Part shown: positions 58,856 through 64,000 of the stretch, one piece after another
Position numbering within the stretch: the first letter of the stretch is position 1
How the letters are laid out: every line of letters begins with the position of its first letter
DNA from: Dehalococcoidia bacterium
Lineage (GTDB): Bacteria > Chloroflexota > Dehalococcoidia > Plut-88900
Length of the DNA: 64,000 nt
Direction: 5' to 3'
Assembly (NCBI GenBank): GCA_965249275.1
Contig: CBDFLQ010000005.1
Location: 64,001-128,000 of the forward strand
Translations under genes and position numbers: made by a program
Notes under the pieces: generated by a model
Told to the model about the DNA's origin: nothing
The model's input: the letters and a program-made list of their open reading frames with translations, nothing else
Databases searched by the model: none

Positions 58856-59566
58856 CTATTGAGTTGGGGGTTGGGTCGCTCCCACCTGACGCAGCCACAG
58901 CGCCACAACCATCGCCAAAAGCGCCATCACCGCCACCCCAATGCTCACAACCGGCCACGGCGACTGCCCCAGCGTTCCCCCCAACTGCGACACCCCCATC
59001 CCGACCATCAGCAGCGCTCCCGTTATACCCAGGCTTCCCCCGGCCACCGCCCCCAGTACCAGCCCCTCGTTTCTCACTACCACGCCCTGCTCCCTGCTCT
59101 CAAGCCGCAGTTCCGCCAACTTCCCCTTCAGCCGCCTAAGATCTGCAGTCCTGTGCAATGCGGTCAGCAGAAGCAGCGACACCAGTAGCAGCAGTGCCAC
59201 CAGGTACTGAGGTATCTCCGTTGTGAACATCGGGTACTTCCAGAACGACAGCCAGTCCACCTGGTTGTATGAAAGGGCCGCAGGCATCTGCGGCGCAAGA
59301 GCCGCGATACACACCAGCCAGAACGACACCCGTTGCATTCCGCGGGCCTGAAACACCCAGTACAGCCCTATCGGTATTCCGAAGATTGCGGCCAGGATCA
59401 GCGAGAACACCGTCGAGCCCCAGTCCTCCCACTCCCGGATCTCCAGTAGCCACTCCCATCCCTTCTCCACGTCCACCGCCGCTCCTCCGGTCTGCCAGAT
59501 CATCCACGCCGCCACCCCAATCAGGTAACCCAACAGCGCCGTCTCCAAAATCCAGAATCTCACCAT
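58856..59566 (-). CDS. Membrane protein in the MoxR operon
   Basis: Multiple TM segments; immediately downstream of the DUF58 gene. Confidence 0.7.
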   Translation of the reverse strand: MVRFWILETALLGYLIGVAAWMIWQTGGAAVDVEKGWEWLLEIREWEDWGSTVFSLILAAIFGIPIGLYWVFQARGMQRVSFWLVCIAALAPQMPAALSYNQVDWLSFWKYPMFTTEIPQYLVALLLLVSLLLLTALHRTADLRRLKGKLAELRLESREQGVVVRNEGLVLGAVAGGSLGITGALLMVGMGVSQLGGTLGQSPWPVVSIGVAVMALLAMVVALWLRQVGATQPPTQ

Positions 59567-59570
59567 CGTC

Positions 59571-60905
59571 TCACGCTCCCAGGTAGATATGTTGCATGAG
59601 CGTAGTCGTGAAGTCCTGCTCTGCCGGGTCCCAGGAAACCACCGAAGCCCCTACCTCCCGGATCGGCTTGTACAGCTGCCGGGCTTCCCATCGCATCAGG
59701 TCTTGCGTCCGTGCCTCCATACCCGCTTCCCCTTGCCTGACTCCCGCCGCTTCCACATGCACCACTCTGACCGGGTTCAATCTGCGCGTCCGAGACCTGA
59801 GCGCCACAAGGCGTTTTATCCCCGCAACGAACCCGTCGATGGACTGGGTCTGACTCCCGTCACGAGGGTAGTGAACATCCAACCGGGTAATGGCGTAGAC
59901 CTCCGGCTGAAGCCGGTACAGAAAGCTCTTGCACCACTCCACCGCCGCCGACAGGTCCTGCCTCGCGGGTCCCGGCTGAAGGGTGGTCAGCATATCCGTG
60001 AGACGTTTGAACTGTTTGCGGCCCAGGTCCGGCGTCAGGATATCGTTCGGGGTGTTGTAGATGTACGCCCCCAGCGTGTACCCCTGGGACAGATAGTACT
60101 GGGCTATGCTGCCCGCGGCCTCCACCGCATGGTCTATCAATGATGACAGCGTTGTACCCACTTCCATGTACTCAGCCCCGTCCAGGAAGATCCAGATCGC
60201 CTTACGTCCCTCAGCCTCGTACTGATTTACCAGCAGGGGATTGGCGCTGTAGGAGTTTCGCGCACTCGCCTTCCAGTTGACTATCCGCATAGGGTCGCCG
60301 GGGGAGTAGGGCCTCAGGTCCTTGAAATCGGTTGTGGAGGGACCCAGCGTAGCCACGTCCGTCCTGAAAAAGCGGGTGTACGCCCTCGCACGGACCTCCT
60401 TGACCCGACGCACCGCCTGAATGCGGGGCACCACCGAAAACTCCTGCGTTTCGCCCGCCGTGCCGCGGTTCCGGCGTTGAAGCCCCAGAGCGCCCTCCGT
60501 GTCCCACGACGTCTCTCCCAGCTCGTACAGTCCTCTCTTCGGGCAAAGGAACTCATAGGAAAGGTCGTAGGTCTTGGGGCCGGGCCACTTCCACACCGCC
60601 CGGAAGTTGTTGCCCTCTACTACCTCCATTTCCGCGGGAAGCTCATCGTGCACGTACAAAGTTCCGAGCCCCGATCTCACGTGCACCCTGCGCCGCACCT
60701 CCAGCCTGTCCCCCGCCCAGCACACCAGGCGCGTCATTTCTCGCTCTACCTCAATCCCTCCCGGGGGTGTCAGCAGAGTGCCCAGCAGGACTATGAGAAG
60801 CACGAATACCGAGCCCGCAAGCAGGATAGGGTTCCCGAACACCAGGGCCAGGGCCAGCAGAAGGAAGGCCAGCGCCAGCCACCGGGCTGGCAGCGCAGAG
60901 AGCAT
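59571..60905 (-). CDS. DUF58-domain protein
   Basis: LRPYSPGDPMRIVNWKASAR. Confidence 0.9.
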   Translation of the reverse strand: MLSALPARWLALAFLLLALALVFGNPILLAGSVFVLLIVLLGTLLTPPGGIEVEREMTRLVCWAGDRLEVRRRVHVRSGLGTLYVHDELPAEMEVVEGNNFRAVWKWPGPKTYDLSYEFLCPKRGLYELGETSWDTEGALGLQRRNRGTAGETQEFSVVPRIQAVRRVKEVRARAYTRFFRTDVATLGPSTTDFKDLRPYSPGDPMRIVNWKASARNSYSANPLLVNQYEAEGRKAIWIFLDGAEYMEVGTTLSSLIDHAVEAAGSIAQYYLSQGYTLGAYIYNTPNDILTPDLGRKQFKRLTDMLTTLQPGPARQDLSAAVEWCKSFLYRLQPEVYAITRLDVHYPRDGSQTQSIDGFVAGIKRLVALRSRTRRLNPVRVVHVEAAGVRQGEAGMEARTQDLMRWEARQLYKPIREVGASVVSWDPAEQDFTTTLMQHIYLGA

Positions 60906-61906
60906 TAGGCGCCGTCCCTGCGGCCCAGCTCGGTCGGGACCGGGACTTGCGCCACGACTTCATCTATCACCGCCTCTGGCCTCATTCCCTGCAACGTCGC
61001 CTCGATGTTTAATATTACGCGGTGTCCTAGAGCTTCCGACGCCACCATTTTCACGTCGTCCGGTATGACGAAGTCTCTTCCGTGGATCAGTGCCATACTG
61101 CGGGACACCTTCAGCAGGGCGAGGCCCCCCCGAGGGCTCACGCCCAGGGACACGTGGGGATGCTGCCGGGTCAACCGCACCACCTGTGTGATGTAGTCGA
61201 TCATCACCTGGTCCACATACACGTTTGTCTCTACGATCCGTTGCAACCCGACGAAGCTATCCGCATCGAGCACAGGTTCCACATCTTCGGTCGGGTCGTC
61301 CTTCTGCCACTGGATGCGTCGTTGCAGAATGCTGCTTTCCTGTTCCTGGTTAGTCGGATATCCCGTCCCGAGCCGGAACAGGAACCTGTCCAGCTGTGCC
61401 TCGGGCAGAGGATATGTCCCCTCCTGTTCAATCGGGTTTTGCGTGGCGATTACCAGGAAGGGCGGCTGCAGGGGCAGAGTATCTCCATCGATGGTGACCT
61501 GACGCTCTTCCATCGCTTCCAGCAACGCGGCCTGTGTCTTGGGAGGAGCGCGGTTGATTTCGTCAGCCAGCAGCACGTTGGTGAACACCGGTCCCTGGAT
61601 CAGTTCGAATAACCCCGTGTTCTGGCGCCACACCTTCGCTCCCAGGATGTCCGCAGGGAGCAGGTCGGGCGTGAACTGCACCCTCTTCGTATTACTGCCG
61701 ATTGCCTTGGTGAACACCTTCGCCAGCAGCGTCTTCCCCAGCCCCGGGTAGTCTTCGAAAAGCACGTGACCGTTGGCCAGGGCTGCAGCCAGCAGCTTCC
61801 TCAACAGCAGCCGATTCCCGACAAAGACCTCCGATACCCTGTCTATGATCCTGTCGCAGACCGGCCCCGCCTCTTCTACCTCTATTTGACTTTTACTCTT
61901 GTCCAT
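60905..61906 (-). CDS. MoxR-family AAA+ ATPase
   Basis: PGLGKT, QFTPDLLP, ADEINRAPPKTQ, NPIEQEGTYPLPEAQLDRF. Confidence 0.96.
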   Translation of the reverse strand: MDKSKSQIEVEEAGPVCDRIIDRVSEVFVGNRLLLRKLLAAALANGHVLFEDYPGLGKTLLAKVFTKAIGSNTKRVQFTPDLLPADILGAKVWRQNTGLFELIQGPVFTNVLLADEINRAPPKTQAALLEAMEERQVTIDGDTLPLQPPFLVIATQNPIEQEGTYPLPEAQLDRFLFRLGTGYPTNQEQESSILQRRIQWQKDDPTEDVEPVLDADSFVGLQRIVETNVYVDQVMIDYITQVVRLTRQHPHVSLGVSPRGGLALLKVSRSMALIHGRDFVIPDDVKMVASEALGHRVILNIEATLQGMRPEAVIDEVVAQVPVPTELGRRDGA

Positions 61907-61921
61907 TTTGTCTCTCCGGCC

Positions 61922-64000
61922 CTAATCTCCCGGCAGAATGCGTCGTCGCGCGACCCCCGCCGGAGTTGTACAAATCTTCTGGTCATCCCCCGCTCTCACC
62001 TTCCACCGAGTTCCCTCCTCCGACAGCACTTCTATTGCCTCTCCTTGTGGAATATTCGACGCGAAATAACGCCCCAAGCGATCATAGACTGACACTGGTG
62101 CGGCCAGAACGACTAGAGGCAACTCGCCAGCCTTTCCATCTCCAAACAGGTGAGACAGTGCTGCATCGATTATCCGAGCCCGCCGCTCCTTCTGCCTTTG
62201 GTCCATGCCTTCCCTCGACCGCAGCAAGGAGAGCGGACCACCCCGACCTCCATCCGTTATTGTCAGCACTGGGAACCAAAGCGCTACCGCCAGATCCAGG
62301 GGTGCGCCCTTCTGCCAATAGGCCGCTGCAAGGGTCATGGCCAGTGCCTCGGGCTGCGAGCCGTCCTCGACAAAGGGCCCGCTCAAATCCCTAATGCGCT
62401 GTTCTTCTATCTCCGGTGGGGGCTCGGGGTCTCGCTTGAGGACAGCATCCATGCGGCTCAACGATTCAGCTAGCGCCGAGGCCCGCCTCCGCATGGCTCG
62501 GACCCGCTTTCGAGGCCACGGGTCCCACGCAGTTGAGGTCTCGGGGTTGCGTCTCATGGGCTCGAACACGGCTGGAATCTCTTCCAGGGGCGTCCGATTG
62601 CGAAGAAGCAACCCCAGCATGTACCTCCAGAGATAGCCCCACCTTCCCGTCTCGACGTACTGCTTCTGCAGGTCCACCAATCCTTTGAGGCGCAGGTCTC
62701 GCCGCTCCTCCACAATCTGCACGTGCCGGGACCAGTGCGGCCACTCCGCCGGAGGGCCTCCCTCGGGGAGCACCTGCTGTCTCGCGTGGCTTCTCATCCG
62801 ATTTATCGCAATTGCAGCAAAGAGCACCACCGCCATCCATTCATATATCGGAGCGAACCACATCACGTCGTAGACCAATGGACGTATCAGCAAGCCGTAG
62901 AGCGCCAGGAAGGCCCCCAGGAACGCGGTCCTGTATACGGACTTCGCCAGAAGCCGGGCCACGGCGCTCACAGCCCACACCGCGTTGGACGTGTAGTATC
63001 GAGCCATGAAAGACAGTCCCGCCGCGAAAAAGCCGCAGGCTACCGCCGCTCCCAACAATGGGAACCCGTGTCCCAACTCCGCTATCCCCGCGCCCATGAG
63101 CCAGACCACCGCCCCGACTGTGCTGTATCCCACGGCTTTGGCCAGAGGCATATACTCAGTCCCGCCCGAGTCCCGCGCCCCCGCTGGCAGCTTAATAACG
63201 AAGTACAACCCCGCAATGAACACCCCGGCTAGGTGCCGCGCCTCGTAGAGTTGCCCGAAATGGGGCTGTGTAGCGTATCCAATTAGAAGATGCGGCCACC
63301 TGTTTAGAAAGAGGGCGGTCACGTTTGGGAGGGAGCTGAGAGCGCCCCAAACGACCAGCCCTCCGCTCACCCCTGCGAGCAGGATCCCTGCCCCTTTGAC
63401 TACCACCGGAGGCGGGATCCACCATCTCCTCTTGTTAGACTGCGCCATCATCTGCGCCGTACCACCGAGCCTTCCGCCCGCATAGCTGGCTGCCAGGGCC
63501 ACCCACAGGGCAACTTGCAGCTCTCGGTTGGGGAAACCGTGCTCGGTCAGCCAGCCGGCGTGAAGTATCACGTAGACTATGACAAACGCTATGAGCCGGA
63601 CCCAGGGGACAGGGAAGATCTGGCTGGCAACCAGGAATCGGACGCTCGACGCCCGCACTACCGCCACAAACACGAATATCCCGGTTAACCCACCGATCAA
63701 ATTGTAGTAGGTTCCCGGGTCGGGCCGAGTCCCGGCAAGGGATAGACCTGCACTCATCAAGATCGCCATCCAAGCCCCGGCCCTAAGCAAACGTACCGCG
63801 ATCCTAAGCGCCAGCCCTGTCCTTGCCCTGAATTCTTCCGGGAGTCTCAGGGCCTGCCTAAGTCTATCTTTGGGCTGTATCCAAGGCAGCAGACTCACCA
63901 CCATAGAGATGAAGGCAGCGGCCAGCACGGGCCCCAGAAGCATCTGAAAGGCGAATTCCGTTTCAGGCAGTCGCAGCACTTCGAATATCCAAAGTGCCGA
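61922..64000 (-). CDS. Large multi-pass membrane protein (partial, frame open to window end)
   Basis: Many TM segments; no stop between 63979 and 64000. Confidence 0.7.
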   Translation of the reverse strand, partial: SALWIFEVLRLPETEFAFQMLLGPVLAAAFISMVVSLLPWIQPKDRLRQALRLPEEFRARTGLALRIAVRLLRAGAWMAILMSAGLSLAGTRPDPGTYYNLIGGLTGIFVFVAVVRASSVRFLVASQIFPVPWVRLIAFVIVYVILHAGWLTEHGFPNRELQVALWVALAASYAGGRLGGTAQMMAQSNKRRWWIPPPVVVKGAGILLAGVSGGLVVWGALSSLPNVTALFLNRWPHLLIGYATQPHFGQLYEARHLAGVFIAGLYFVIKLPAGARDSGGTEYMPLAKAVGYSTVGAVVWLMGAGIAELGHGFPLLGAAVACGFFAAGLSFMARYYTSNAVWAVSAVARLLAKSVYRTAFLGAFLALYGLLIRPLVYDVMWFAPIYEWMAVVLFAAIAINRMRSHARQQVLPEGGPPAEWPHWSRHVQIVEERRDLRLKGLVDLQKQYVETGRWGYLWRYMLGLLLRNRTPLEEIPAVFEPMRRNPETSTAWDPWPRKRVRAMRRRASALAESLSRMDAVLKRDPEPPPEIEEQRIRDLSGPFVEDGSQPEALAMTLAAAYWQKGAPLDLAVALWFPVLTITDGGRGGPLSLLRSREGMDQRQKERRARIIDAALSHLFGDGKAGELPLVVLAAPVSVYDRLGRYFASNIPQGEAIEVLSEEGTRWKVRAGDDQKICTTPAGVARRRILPGD

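Overview
High-GC bacterial window, most consistent with a Chloroflexota/Dehalococcoidia (SAR202-like) genome; this is inferred from gene content, the REP families, tRNA-Arg(GCG) and Gram-positive-type SOS boxes. Housekeeping and metabolic genes include glnS, a Glu/Leu/Phe/Val dehydrogenase, panB/panC, surE, ada, fluC, aminotransferase III, a MoxR/DUF58 operon and five tRNAs. They are interspersed with lower-GC, mostly defence-like cassettes: fused CapRel, two VapBC pairs, a DUF6978/DUF1828-like pair, trypsin-TIR-membrane effector, YaaC, DGQHR plus methyltransferase, GmrSD, KAP NTPase, and a Panacea-like protein with a proteasome-type Ntn hydrolase. IS481, IS4/IS1182-like and IS1595-remnant elements and several REP families are also present. 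The most striking unexplained signal is a pair of paralogous, apparently non-coding, highly structured ~530-670 nt transcription units (about 14020-14600 and 46111-46830). They share a sigma70 promoter carrying a LexA-like box, a covarying 5' rod domain, a long closing helix around a variable multi-hairpin domain, and a conserved A/C-rich tail. Together these make a candidate new SOS-regulated large ncRNA family. All calls are by eye; no database searches or folding programs were run.
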